Shown here in pieces: positions 1-13,800 of a stretch of DNA of 64,000 bases. Within the stretch, counting starts at the first letter, position 1; the number at the start of each line of letters is the position of its first letter. Source of the stretch: Octopus sinensis. Lineage: Eukaryota. Location of the stretch: contig NC_043001.1 in assembly GCF_006345805.1 (NCBI RefSeq), positions 54,932,001 through 54,996,000 of the forward strand. Reading direction: 5' to 3'. Under the pieces are notes generated by a model. It ran no database searches. It saw only the letters and a program-made list of their open reading frames with translations, and was not told the DNA's origin. Both the position numbers and the translations under genes were made by a program.

Positions 1-199
1 ATATGTCATGGTTACATATGTTTACATTGCTATCGTTGATGTCAGCTTGAAGAAATTATAAAAAAAAAGTAAGCTGTTTTAATAATAATTATGTTATTAG
101 TAGACTCGTTAGATCTTGGATAGAATGCATTGCAGTATTTGGTCTGGCTCTCGGCGTTCTGCGTTCAATATTCGCAACTGTCATCCAGTAACTGGTCCT

Positions 200-2070
200 A
201 AGAACACACATAAAAAGCCCAGCTCGATATCGCAGGAAGGAAAATGTTGAAGGTCAAAAGCGCTGGTCGAGGTTGATCTTGAGTGCTTCTTTGGCATCGG
301 GAAAAAAGGTGCACCAAATTTAGAATGAAAAAGGAATTAGTGCGATCAGTGCGATACAACTTGTATCAAATTCATGTAATACAAAAAAAAACAGGTTTAC
401 AGTTGTAGAAATTGAAGAAATAAAGTAGTGTTGAGAGAAGACTGCTTTATTTTTTATGAGTCTTTTGAAGAAAGTAACAATGAAATTATTGTTGATGAAC
501 CTGAACACAAAAAGGATGATGTAGTGGGTGGTATAGGTGAACATAGCGGAAACCAGGGCAGTGGTACGAATACAGTGGAGTATGCCTATAAATATCTAAT
601 ACCCTAAGTACAGTTTCGTTCTTATCTAGGGGACGAAGAACAAGAAATACTCGACATACAGACTTGATAGTATGTGGTATTCAACAAAATTCTGTCAACC
701 CACGGTTTGTCTAGAAGGAAAATCGTAGTGAAGTTATAAATGTAGGTAGGATCCTGCTGTTGTAGAGACGGACGATATTACAGAATTTCGGGATATGCTT
801 TAGGCAGTTGTGATTGAAGAAAGTATAGGTACAATATAGAAGAACAAAGAAAGTGCCAGGAGCCTTGGTGGAAGTGGTGAATTGAACGACTCATAGTAAC
901 TCTGAGAAAGCATAAGGTATAAGAGATGTTTGAAGAATGCTAAGGAATATGAGCAAAGAATGCTTGAAAAGAAATACAGTCTGAAACAATGATTTTCGAA
1001 CGGTGATGGCATTTTCATCGGTATTCAGGCAGTGAGACCAGACGTAATATATACTTTCTGATCTGGAAAAAGCAATGCACTGTTGGCCAAACATATTGTC
1101 TCAGTTAGTGGCATATAATAACAAGGCAAAATGGTTGGCGTGGTGAAAGAGGAACTAGTAATCAAAGCTATGAACGAAGAGCATCCAGTTAGAATGACAC
1201 CTGAGGATGGGAAAATTCAGGATAAGGGTCTATCGAACTGGAAAGTACCAGCGCCGGGTGGAATCTAAAGCTTCTGGATGAAAAGATTAAAGGGTATACA
1301 AGGGAGGCTGGTTTCCGTTTTGTTTTCATGGTTGACCTGGAGTTAGTTAACAATAGCAATTATATCTTCCATAATCTCTAAATAGAAATAGATAAAGTTT
1401 AAGATAATCCGTAAAGATGATGAAGATCCGGTCCCGTTTTTTTTTTCTATTGGTAATACATTCCTGAACCAATGCAAATTTTATGATGTGATACTAAATT
1501 GAATGATTTACGGGTGAACGACCCTATCATGAAAGACATATTCAAGGGTCCTGTGGTCGTTATTAACATATTCAAGGTCGTATGGTTGGTTCTATTTCAT
1601 GCCTTAGCTGGATATGGAAAATTCTAACAGAATAGTTGTTGACATTGTGCACACATCGGGACAACGAATGACTTACTGCCCATCCAATAGAAAGGCTATG
1701 GAAAAATGGTCATAAAGCACAAAAGATTACCTAGCTGCTGACAGAACAGTGGGCCAACATAAATTTCAAAAATTCGTACTTGGCATCGCTGCCATCGATA
1801 TCAGAGTCTCTGAACGTGTTTTGTTGCTGAGAATGTACAAAATCTAATGAGTGATGGCATAAAGAAAACAGCACAACACTATTTTCCAACGGTCGAGATC
1901 TGAGGCAGTTTTGATATTAAGCGCGGCATCTTTCGAGGTAACTTATTTTCTCCTTTGTACTTCGTCATTGCTCTGATTCCTCTGAACGTGGTGCTTCAGA
2001 AGACGGGAATGTGTTACCAATAGGGGGGAAAAGAGCGGGACCAGATCTTCTTCATCTTTACGGATTATCA
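200..2070 (+). mobile_element. Degenerate R4/Dong-clade non-LTR retrotransposon fragment (N-terminal region to RT core)
   Basis: Broken translation gives EPWWK (~860), NWKVPAPGG (~1236), SCLSWIWKILT (~1600), DIKRGIFRGNLFSPLYFVIALIPL (~1913) and a decayed HLxFxDxLKLY motif, colinear with the R4 element at 10.8-14.4 kb. Many stops and frameshifts. Confidence 0.8.
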
Positions 2071-2598
2071 TAGATTATTGAAGATATAATTGTTATTGTT
2101 GACTAACTCCAGATCAACCATGATAAAAGGCCTCCCAGTTCTACCTTTACTTCCTGTAAAGATCGCTATGGAGTGCAGGGTGACAATGGTCATCTATCGC
2201 TTACAAAGCGAAGTTCGTAAAGTCAAAGAGTTAGCACTTTTAGGCATCGAGTACATTGCTATATCTTATCGATCGGGCTAGATCTTTGCAAATAGAAGAT
2301 TAAAGAATTCTGAGTAATAGGGTACTAACTGCGGAGCGTTGAATATAATTGTAGGAACAATGTCAGATTCTTTGGTTTCGTCGATCGGAATAACCTGAAA
2401 AGTTCATTCACTAGTCGACTGTGTGCACTCGATATTGGAGTAATTGATATCGAGAAAGGAAATTTCGATGGTAGAAATCCCCTTGTATTTGCAGTGTGGA
2501 CTTGGAATCAAAGAGAACGGGTTTTCTCTGAAGTTTTTGCCTATCTCTAATGTACTTTGGGAGAATTGATCTGAAGAAGTATATTTCACTGTAAGCTA

Positions 2599-2820
2599 TA
2601 CGAGTGGGGGCTGTAAAGTACCTGGCTTTGGGTAAAAGAAAATACAGGAGGATCAGTTAATTATGATTTTACTCAACATATTTCCCTCTCAGATTCGCAC
2701 ACTTATTGCAGTGGCCCTCCAGTTTTTCTAAGCCCTGTAAAAGAACTCAGACGGTTGGGCATCCAGCCAGGGCTTTCGTGTTGCCCTTAAAGCCAGGAAC
2801 TTTTTTAGTATCTCCTCGTA
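2599..2820. mobile_element. Mariner-type MITE (~220 bp)
   Basis: Imperfect TIRs TACGAG...AAGTACCTGGCTTT / AAAGCCAGGAACTT...CTCGTA with TA at both ends. A related copy lies at 46342-46555. Confidence 0.8.
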
Positions 2821-3439
2821 CACAAAGGTAAAGCTGAGCAGCACTACTGCAAGTTAACTACTTATTAGTTTCGTAATATTACCAATGTCTACACTGGCGC
2901 ACTGTTTTTAATCTGTGGTACCTATTTACAGCTAAGTTGGCTGAGCTAATTTATAGCTTATTATCATAACCGCAGACTTAAAGCAAGTTTCGGTGAAAGG
3001 ATACAATCCGCTACTGTCTCTAGTCTGGTTACCTGCTGTTCCATCCCTTCGACAAAGTATACTCTGAAAATACTATTAGGCGCAATACATAATTAGTAAG
3101 ATTGTGAAGGCTTTTAGAATGAATTAAATGCCGATAATTGCTTTTCTACTTTGAAGTTGTGACGTTTTAGCTACACACTAAACCATTCTTTTTGATTTAT
3201 ATAGTAGACATTTCCCACAGATTTAGGTAGTTCAATCTTATATTGGAATTTTGTAAACAACAGCTTCGTTGGTTACGAGCTACCAACAAGCCATTCACTG
3301 GTTCACTGCATCTCTGGTGGCAATAATAACAAGGATATGTATGTAACTCTATACGAAGGACTTTGTGGATCACCGCTTTCTCGGCACGTTCTACACACGC
3401 ACACTCATATACATACATGCATACCAGACACACGGACGC

Positions 3440-3650
3440 CCACACCTACAAACCTACCTAACTACCTGCCACCTACCTACCTACCTACCTACCTACCTAT
3501 TTACTTATCTACCTACCTTCCAGCCTTCCTTCCTACATACATTTGTACATACTTACCTTCCTTCTTACCTACCTGCATACATACATACATACATACATAC
3601 ATACATACATACATACATACATACATACATACATACATACATTCTTATGT
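3440..3650. repeat. (CCTA)n/(CATA)n microsatellite
   Basis: Directly visible tetranucleotide arrays. Confidence 0.95.
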
Positions 3651-4344
3651 ATGTACGTACGCACAATACGACGAGGCTTGCGCTGTTTCTGTCAACCCCG
3701 CTTACACGAGATAACACACAACAGAATCGAATCAAGGACCAAATGATTATGAAACGAACTTCTAACTATACATGTATTATTAAAAAACTGAAAGAAATAA
3801 AATATTCAAGTCTTCTCAAATACGTTTATATTAGGTCATTCTTACTGCAATAAAAGGAATGCACGAAAGTTCTGAGTTAATTATCAGTATCAGAAATTTG
3901 CCACAAGAATTAGTCTTCAGTGATATGACAATGTTAAAAATAAATACAAGGTCCTTTGTATGAAATAGTAGAAACATAATGGATTGATTTTGACATATCG
4001 CTGACAACAGTTGCAAAGTAAAATTTGACTGTTTTATAGGTTTCAGTCATTGAAATGTGAACATAGTGGGTCACTACCTTTAAGTGCTTTAGTCGATCAC
4101 ATAGACCTCACTGTATTTAAGTGCGGAACTTAATAAATAATCGAACTCTATTTTTCGAACTGCTAAATATAAGAGATATAAAGATACAAGAGAATTTGAT
4201 GCTAAAATCACGGACAGCTATTGCTGCTGTTGTCGTTGTGGTTTAATCCCAAGTTAACCCTAATTAGGCAGACCTACGGCATTCCAGCCAAAATTATATC
4301 CGTTTTATCTGATGAATAAAGTATCTAGGACAACATTGCCTTCG

Positions 4345-4690
4345 ACGGACGTAGGCACGGTTGTGTGGTAAAGCATTTCACATCGTAACCATGAGATCAT
4401 GGGCTCGATCCCACTGTGTTACATCTTGGACACGTGTCTTTGTCATAGCCACGAGCCAACCCAAGCCTTGTGAGTAAATCTTGATTAACACAAACTGGTT
4501 AAAATCCCGTTGGATAGACAACGTAAAGATCCAGCTTTGCCACACGCTGTCATTCTGATTCTAATTCAGAACAACGTTAAATGTACACGTGCCTATGGAA
4601 TACTCAGCCACTTAACACGCTAATTCAATGAATAAGTCGCTCTATTGATCGTCTTTGACTCATACGTCAAAATCGACTCGAGAGTCCATC
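4345..4690 (+). mobile_element. Old chimeric tRNA-SINE: family-A-type head, family-C-type tail
   Basis: The 5' part aligns to the family A head (cf. 45912-46070). The part at ~4540-4650 aligns to the reverse complement of the family C tail (47570-47710). Confidence 0.65.
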
Positions 4691-5734
4691 ATCAGTGTAT
4701 CACTCTGGATATATATATTATTTCTAACAGGTCAAACTTTCACGAAGCGCACCCTTTTTCTCTTTGGTTTGTAAAGCTATGAATCACCGTTCTCTTCGGT
4801 TTCTAAAGCTATGAATCACCGAACTAGATACGTAAAAAATCTAGTCGGTGAGTGACAGATATAAACTACTTCCCGGTTTAACCTCACTATCTAATTCTTG
4901 GGTACCTTTAAGTTAAATTCATTTTGTTGCAAGTATTGAGCCGGACCTTCGGTTCGAGGATAATATTCTCTCTCTTCTCTCTTTCTTTCTTCCCCCTCTC
5001 TCTCTCCCCTCGGACATCCTGAAAGCAGTCAAGAGTTTTATCCTTCCATCTCTGATAGCCATTTAAAAAGAAACTCTATAGCCTCTGTACCAACCATGCA
5101 ACACTCTTTATCAGCTAATAAAGTTTAGAGCCGAATAACAAAAGCTTCTTTACAACCATAACAACATTCAAGATCTTATATTTCTCTTGTGTCAAATAGC
5201 AAAAGTACTTTTGTCTTTTAGAAACGCTCCAATGACTCACAATCGATGAGGTTAGGCTTCAAGTAAATTTTCTCACGATAGAAATGCAACTAATTCTGTC
5301 AATGACTCACTTTTTCAATATATTGACACCTCGGTGACAGTTATAAAACATCATGTATTTTAGGTTGTTGTGCGTGTGGCCTTGTAAGTATTCTGAGCCT
5401 GTTGCCTTGTTATATAATAGTATTAGTAATACAGATTATATCGGGTATGTCAAAGTGAATATAAGGCAATTTTCAGAGTTAATGGTTACTTTACGATTCA
5501 GTCATCGTAGCAATAGTGTATGTTCCTACTTGAGAAACCAAGGAGGAAGGGAATATGAATCAGATTATCCTCAAAATACATCATGCTATCTAAGAAAGGG
5601 AGAGTGGAAGTAGACATTAAATAACGCGGTCTGGGGTTCACAAGGTTTATAAAAAAGATAGGATGGTCATGGATGGGATACTTTTGATCACAGAAATGCT
5701 CCATCAGAGCCAGCTTGGGGATAAACAACAACGA

Positions 5735-5740
5735 CAACTA

Positions 5741-5812
<72 letters not shown>

Positions 5813-5835
5813 TTGTTGCTACTGCTGTTGTTATT
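5735..5835. repeat. (CTA)n microsatellite
   Basis: Directly visible; it produces the spurious poly-Leu ORF. Confidence 0.95.
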
Positions 5836-6220
5836 TTTATTGTTTAGTCCCAAGTCAAACTTGATCGACAAACCTGTGTATGGTCAAAGATGTTCCATCT
5901 ATAACTCCATAACCTTCCCCAGCATTTTTTTTTCTTTAGACAGATGTACAATTTCTAGGATTGCATTACACAATGTACCCTTCATTTTCTAAGACTGTAG
6001 GATGTGAATTGGGGAATATTCAGTTGTTATATCTGAAAATCAGGCAACCACTTAGCGGCTCTCTCGTTGGTTAGGTGATAACTTGTTCATCAAATCACTT
6101 TAGAATTCATGATGAGTTATAGTAATTCAAAGAAAGAACTATTTCCGACCACCTTTATTTAATTGTTTCTTCTTGCTAATGTTTAGCCCTAAGTAAACCT
6201 TCATCAAGCAGATCCTTTAC

Positions 6221-6439
6221 TCTTTTACTTGTTTCAGTCATTTGACTGTGGCCATGCTGGAGCACCGCCTTTAGTCGAGCAAATCGACCCCAGGACTTAT
6301 TCTTTCTAAGCCTAGTACTTATTCTATCGGTCTCTTTTGATGAACCGCTAATTTACAGGGACGTAAACACACCAGCATCGGTTGTCAAGTGATGCTGGGG
6401 GGACAAACACAGACACACAAACATACACACACACCACAT

Positions 6440-6490
<51 letters not shown>

Positions 6491-6658
6491 CATACATATA
6501 TAATGGGATTTTTTCAGTTTCCATCTACCAGATCCACTCACAAGGCTTTGGTCGGCCCGAGGCTATAGCAGAAGACATTTGCCCAAGGTGCCACGTAGTG
6601 GGACTGAACCCGGAACCATGTGGTTCGTAAGCAAGCTACTTACCACACAGCCATTCCT
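6221..6658 (-). mobile_element. Full-length tRNA-derived SINE, family A, with internal (CA)/(TA) microsatellite
   Basis: Minus-strand head has A-box (TGGCTGTGTGGTAAG) and B-box-like (GGTTCAGTCCC) motifs; conserved tail ...GGCGGTGCTCCAGCATGGCCACAGTCAAATGACTGAAACAAGTAAAAG. Many homologues in the window. Confidence 0.9.
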
Positions 6659-7689
6659 ACGTCTATAATAAAATTGCAAAGTTCTACCGCCTCTGCCACA
6701 CCACTGTTACAGATATAAAACCAATAATAATGACGGTTTCTATGATCCCATACCACAGTTCCTTCAAAGATCTACGCTTGTGCGTGCACACACATTGAGC
6801 AACCAACGTACAAAGAAAATTCATCAACACACAAAATGTTACTTGCTTAAAATATCTAGCTATGTTTCTTTTGGTCGTAGGTGACCGTGGGGTTTCTGCA
6901 CCAAGACCTGAGCAAAGATTTTGTGAAAGACGAGATGTTGCGCGTGTATGCAAATCTCCCCTATCCACAAAGGAAATTGTAAAATACGATACCCTTGTCA
7001 CCAGTGTCGTCATAGGCGTTGTTACCCGAAAACATACCACAAGTATATCCCGCCCCTTGCTCTACTACTCTACGCCCGGGAGTGATATATGCTGTACCGG
7101 CTGTGAAGGAATGAAAGGCGAAGTTCACCTCGATGAGATTTAAATTAAGGATGTAAAGAATCGTAATATATATTGAGGCATTCCTTTAGGCGACTTTTCA
7201 AATTCGCCATTTTTGCCTTAAATAGATGCAGTAATTAATAATTATACTTATTAATATATTCAACACTTATACATTTGTCAGAAGAACAAATTGTATAAAT
7301 TTAGATTTTTTTGTAAGCATTCAGGTGAGGCAGCGCTGCATTTGCTATTCTAACTAATCATCAAAAACAAATAATAAAATCGTAGCATTGACAACCCTGT
7401 GAGGAGTTGAACGCGGCACTACAAGTTGGTTGAACATGTATCAGTTTTGCTGTACTTTCGTTACTTAGATAGAAATGTTTTCCCCCTCCACACCATTATA
7501 CAATTACCACATGCAAACGACACCCTACCCGGCTCACCAAACAAGACAAAAGCAACACAGAAAATGAAGAGGTGAACAACCCCAACAACGATAATGATTT
7601 TCTCAATCATTAACTCTTCCTACTACTTCAGTTGGTCATTTCAATTCTTTTCGCATTTTCTGGCTTTTTTGCTTCACTTTTCTTCATTT

Positions 7690-7960
7690 TTTTCAAAGGT
7701 TCTCCTCCTCCTTCTCCTTCTTCCACGTCTTCTTCTTTTTCTTCTTTTGCGTCATCATCATCCTCATAATCCTCATCATCTCCTCCACCTCCTCCTCCTT
7801 TATCTTCTTCTTCTTCTTCTTCTTCTTCTTCTTCTTCTTCTTCTTCTTCTTCTCACGATGTGTGCAGTGGAATAAATGAAAAGAGAACGAAGCAGCCAAA
7901 AGTAAAAAGAAAGAAAAAAGAAAGAATGAGAAAGAGAGAGAGAAAAGGAGAGAGGGAGAG
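7690..7960. repeat. (CTT)n/(CTC)n and purine-rich low-complexity tract
   Basis: Directly visible trinucleotide arrays. Confidence 0.9.
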
Positions 7961-9815
7961 AGAGAACGGTCACACATCTTATTAGTTGGATGTTTCTCCA
8001 AACAACCACTGCATTGTCCATAAATAACCGTATAGTCAATGGTGTTTACTGGCTTGGAACTGATTGCTGCTCTTTTCTAACCGCATATTTGTTTATTTTG
8101 CCTCAGTGTTTCTTCGTTGTTAGGGTTTTCTTTAGTTGTTATTCATTGTTTTTATTATTAAATCCAAACATCGCAATTTTTATTCTTCTATCACCCATTC
8201 TAAGTGTTGCTATTTTAAAGTTTCTTTCATTCGCCCTCTCTTTTCTCTCTCTCTCTCTCTCACTCTCAATTTATCTATCTATCTATTTATCTCTATCTCA
8301 CTCTCTCTTCTTTCTCACACCTTCTCTGCATCTTAGACATGCATACACACAAGCACACGCAGATACACACATACACGAGTACACAAATATAAATACTTTC
8401 ATTCCATTCTCTCTCTTTATACCACTCTCTCTTTCTCTCTCTGATAATTCTTTCCACATTCTCTTCTCGAAAACAAACTTGCTGTGAAGCTTTGATGTGT
8501 TCTTTAGTTCTTTAGTGATTTAGCCACGGCTGCCAAGGCCATGTAAAAACAAGAAAACATCCTTGCTGTTGTCGTAATAGTCCTAGGTCAGGCTGATCGA
8601 GCTGGCCAAAGAAACTTCTGGTGTAGCCTCGTATTAAATTAACCAATTTAGAATCATAGAGTAACCTTATTTAGATATATCATATACAGTGTATAACGTA
8701 TAGAATGTCTCACAGAAGGATCATATGATGAGTAGCGTGAAGATGTTGCTACTGCTGCTGTTGGACCCAGATCAGATGGTGCCAAAATCGTAGAAGAGCT
8801 GACATTGGACTAGCCACTACATGTTCAAGATTCTACCCTGGCAGTGTTCTTCGATTCCAAACGGGTGCGTTAACCATTTATTATTTTTTTTATTTATCGT
8901 GAATATCTTCTTTACAAACATGCATGATTTACGAAAGGTTTTACTATTAATTTTTTTTAAAAAATCGATTAACCTAGGTTTACCATGCAGTTAGTAAGCA
9001 AAAACCCATCTAGGTAATGTTTTTATCTACTAATTAAAGTAATAATCTCAGTTAACCGGAGTTTCTACTTACGAATTGCATGGAAGATTTTTGTCAACCG
9101 AAGACTTTTAAACTCATTACACCACATATGTGAGACTCTGTATACAGAACACTCTCCTGAGGGACATTGTTTTAGCTCCTTTTGTGCTATTGTTGTTTAA
9201 CCCCGCATCACATCACATCCCTAATTGAATGGACCTATGATCAAAGTCATTACAGCTGTGACCATACTGGATTTTATTCAGACAGATTAACACAACTTCT
9301 TTTGGTAGGACTGTAGTTTGTGAGCTGAGGAAAGTCTGATTGCAATCGCTTGTAGTACGAGCAATCGTAGTAAAAGTGATAGATAGAGTGTAGGTACCGC
9401 TCCATGCTGGTACTTGATACTGTTGATGATTGTTGCTTGTTGTTAGGATCCAGATCATTTCTGATCAAGAAAACCTATATCAAAGTCATTCCAGAAGCAA
9501 CCATTCTGCATTTGTTGCTTTTATCTTTCTTTTTCTTTTCATGTATACTCTCTCTCTCTAGCAAGACGGTGAATTGCCCGAACTGTTAAAATGTTGGCTA
9601 GAATAAAATTCCCTGCAATAATCGTTGTGAGTTCAAATACCACCGAAGTTAGCTTTGCTTTTCTTCCTTTCGGGAGCGATAAAGTACCTAACCAGTGCTG
9701 GTGTCAATCTTCTTTTTCTTTTTCTCCCCCTCTCTCACACACACATACGAGCGCGCGCACCCGTACACACGCAAACACACACACACACACACACCACACA
9801 CACACACACACACAC

Positions 9816-9852
<37 letters not shown>

Positions 9853-10224
9853 TCTCTCTCTTTCTCTCTCTCTCTCTCACACACACACACTCTTTTTGTC
9901 TGTCTTTCTTTCTGGAAGAAAGCAGATGTGGTTAGACCTAGAAATGGAAGGGTTTATCCAGGACTAAATATGCTCAAGAAGTACCACATATCATGACGGT
10001 GCTACTCCAAATCTATCATGAATTTGTGGACCTAAAGCAAGGCAGGGCATTTTTGTCAATAATCATTACTTATGCTAGAGCGGAAGACTGACAGAAAAGC
10101 GAACGGTACTCATCTCCAGTTGTACGTCCCACAAAATCGATTTTGCCTTTCAATAAAATAAAGTACTAGTCAAGAATTGGGATCGATATAAAAGATTATT
10201 TCCGCTCCCACAAATTTCTGGCTA

Positions 10225-10485
10225 CGTGCCAATGTTGGGAGGGACCTGCTCTAAGCATACACCTCTAGATCGAGGGTGTATGAAGTGGAGAGGTCAGGGC
10301 GATCGTGATTTTTGTGGTGTTTCCACGAGCAGGCCTTGGAAGTCTCCCAGTTTGGGGGATTTAATTGCTATAATTTTATTGTTAATGTGTTTTTACACTC
10401 TCCAATCCCACTCTATTTGTGTGGTATTGTCCCGTGCCGCCCCAACATTTTTTGACTGAACCCTCAGTGGTGAATAAAGAAAAGA
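10225..10485 (+). mobile_element. Possible 3' end of another Tx1/L1-type LINE
   Basis: Ends GAACCCTCAGTGGTGAATAAAGAAA, similar to the Tx1-like terminus CAGCCCTGTGTGGCTAATAAAGAAA. The coding part is not clearly recognisable. Confidence 0.35.
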
Positions 10486-10540
10486 TTATTATTATTATTA
10501 TTATTATTATTATTGTTATTGTTATTATTATTATTATCAT

Positions 10541-10727
10541 TCAGTAGTTTTATTTTTATAGCGTGCTTTCACTTCACTACCGAGCGCAGCTCTGTGTGCC
10601 TTAGGTATGTGCTGTGATTTGTTGTGATGCTCTGATGGTTATTGTATGGAAAGTGTTCTGCGTAGGATGTGTGCAGTGCCTAGTAGTGCAATTTTCTGTA
10701 TGTTATATGTGTTTGTAAGTCCTGGTG

Positions 10728-10732
<5 letters not shown>
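10541..10732 (-). mobile_element. 3' terminal fragment of an R4/Dong-type element (different family from its neighbour)
   Basis: Minus strand encodes KTPGLTNTYNIQKIALLGTAHILRRTLSIQ*, the typical R4 ORF terminus, then a short 3'UTR and (TAA)n. TAA arrays on both sides. Confidence 0.85.
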
Positions 10733-10807
<75 letters not shown>

Positions 10808-10809
<2 letters not shown>

Positions 10810-13800
10810 TTTGCACAGCTTCTAACGCTGGAGATGTACTACGGTGTTAGCTATTCTCTACCAGTGAACTAGGGTATCACCTTATTTTTCGAGCACCTCC
10901 CGGAGTATTCGAGTGGTTCCAAGCAGTGCTGTTTTCTGCAAGTGCTCTACCCTTATTGCAGCCCCTATTTGTTCCCAGTACTTGTTTGCTTACTCCTGTG
11001 TTGTATTGGTACTACCACTACATTTTTCATTGACCACAACTGCTTAACTTCCCAAGCTAATCTATCATATCTTTCGACTTTTCTTTCTTCCTTATTGTTT
11101 GCTGGGCATGCTATATCTATTATCCAGCATAGTTTGTTTTCTTTCTCAATTAAGACTATGTCTGGCTTCCTATTCTCTATCTCATGGTAGCACTGAATCA
11201 TAAAATCTCATAGGCTCTTTGCATTTTTATTTTCGATGGTGCCTTCGGGTTTGTGGTCGTACCAATTTTTTGCTCTGTCAAGTCCATACTTGTTGCAAAG
11301 TGTCCAATGGACAAGTCTGGCTATATTGTCGTGGCGTCTCTTATATTCCTTCTGGGCTAGTGGCGTGCATTTGCTGGTAATTTGCCATACGGTTTCATAA
11401 TTTTGTCCACAGATTCTGCACTTATCACTTTCTGATGTGTTGTCTATTCTGTATTTTATGTAGTTTGTTCTTAGTGCTTGCTCTTGGGCAGTACAGATTA
11501 GAGCCTCCGTTTCCGGTTTTAAATCACTTTTAGTCATCCACAGCCATCCTTTCTCTCTTCAACATCCCTATGAAATTGCCCATGCATTCTTTTCTTTACC
11601 CACCTATTTTCAGTTTCATTCATTCTCAAGTGCTTGTACAGTGATTTATCTTTGTAATCTTTCATCCTACACAAGCCTGACCTTCTTACTTCTAATGATA
11701 ACGGTTCTGTGGCTTTTTTTACATACCATGCTATGTTGTTTTCTTCTGCTCTAATGCTGTGTTCGCATCCAATAAGTCCACTTCCCCCTCTTTTTCTTGG
11801 TACATGCAATCTGTCTGTGTTACTTTTTGGGTGGAGTGTCCCATATCTAGTCAGTAACTTCCCTGTCTTTCTGTCTAAGCTGTTTAGTTCGTCTATTGTC
11901 CATGCGATTACCCCTGCTCCATATCTAAGGAGTGAAACCGCCCAGGTGTTGACAGCTTCAATCTTTTTCCGCCCGTTTAATTTCGACTTAATGATCAGTC
12001 TCCGTCTGAGCAAGTATTCCACCTTAAATTTTTCTGTCATTTCTTTCTCCATCAATTCATCCATTTCCTAAATTTCATCAATTTATCCATTTCCAGGTAC
12101 TTATAGCCCGTCTCTTCTATCTGCTTCATAACCTCCCCCGACGGTATCGTTAACCCCTCCATACATTTGATTTTTCCTCTCTTCAAGACTAGCACATCAC
12201 ACTTTCTCAGTCTGAACTCCATTCTGATATCAGCACTAAAGCTATACACCGTATCAACGAGGGAACTGACTTGGACTTCATCTTTACCATAAAGTTTAAG
12301 TTTATCCATGAATAACAAATGGTTGACTTTTTGTTGGCGGCTTTTGAATACATACCCAGCTTTTGCTTTCCTCAGAATCACTGTTAGTGGTATCAAGCAC
12401 AGTACAAAGATCAGAGGGAACAGGCAGTCCCCTTGGAAGATGCCCCTCCTGATTTCTACTGTTCCTAAACTTGTTCTGTATGCTATCAGGTCCGTCTCCA
12501 ATTAGTCATACTTTTTCTAAGCAATCGTTCAACATTCGATGCAATACTAAATAGGTTCATACATTCCATAATCCAAGAATGTGGAATCATATCGTACGCC
12601 TTACGATAGTCAATCCATGACATAGCTAAGTTACTTTTCTTCCTCTTGCAGTTCCTAAGTACAGTTTTGTCTATCAGGAGTTGATCCTTGGTATCTCTGC
12701 ACTTACGCTTGCAACCCTTCTGCTCATGTGGCAGGACTCCATTTATTTTTCCAGATGTTCCTACATTGACTCTGCGAGTATTCCAGTCAATAATTTCCAC
12801 ATAAGTGGAAGACAGGATATCGGCCTGTAATTGTCTATCGTATTGACTTTTTCGATGTTTTTCAAGCACAGCACTGTCCTACCCAATGTCAACCACTCTG
12901 GTATTACGTGGTCGGCTTTTGACAAGGTGTTGAGTTGCGCAGCTATAGGTGCATGACATTCACCAAATTTTTTGATCCAGTAGCCTAACTGAAATGACTA
13001 GTTCTGCCTGTTTTAGACAGATTACTACTTGTTTCAGTTCTTGCAACCATTTGGCATCCTTCTTGTGCTCCTTGTCTTTCCTCCAGATGTCACTCCAAAA
13101 CCTTTGACTTTCATTGTTATCTGGTATCAACTTTTCATCTGTACACTCTCCATTTATTCTATATAGAATCTCTTCTGGTCTACTCTGAATAACCTATTCT
13201 GGTGGTAACCCTTCATTCTTTGGTCAAATCTTACCATCTTTGCTTTCTTTGCAACTAGGCGCTGTTTCAGTTCCTCCATTACCACTTTCAGGTCCTTTCA
13301 ATATTATACTTCCTTTTCAGCGCCCTGTCCTTTTGTTCGCTTTTAAGCTCCACTTTCTCTTTTCGGTCTAATACAGAAATTTCTTTCTGGTATTACGTGG
13401 TCGGCTTTTGACAAGGTGTTGAACTCCATCTGGTCCCGGGGCCTTCCAGTTGCTCATTTAACCCTGCATATCTAACCCTGCCTGTATTCTTCTTTTCCAC
13501 CATGGATCTTTTCTTTTGACACTCACCTTATGTTTCTTTTTCTTGACATCAACATCCACGTTTTCTGCTACAACAATGCTTGCTGCCTTGATCAAATTAT
13601 TTGTTTCTGTGATGTTTGTTCTGATGTATTTCAGAATTTCATTGACATTTTTAGTTTCTTGGTTCAATTTCCATTGATCAACCTTTTTAAGTTTGCAAAT
13701 AATGTCGCTATCGTTCTCCTGTAGTCTTGCCTTTATTCTGTCGTAGATTGCCTTTTGTTCATCTGTCATATTACTATGAGTTTTATTGTCTTCTTTTAGA

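Noticed and set aside
4758-4821. 32-bp direct repeat pair (CRISPR-like?)
   Set aside because: Two adjacent units with no spacer and no cas genes, in eukaryotic DNA; a simple tandem duplication.
6684-7143. Overlapping 118-aa (-) and 93-aa (+) ORFs in unique-looking DNA with splice-like signals
   Set aside because: No recognisable motif and no linked exons; cannot be supported without RNA or homology data.
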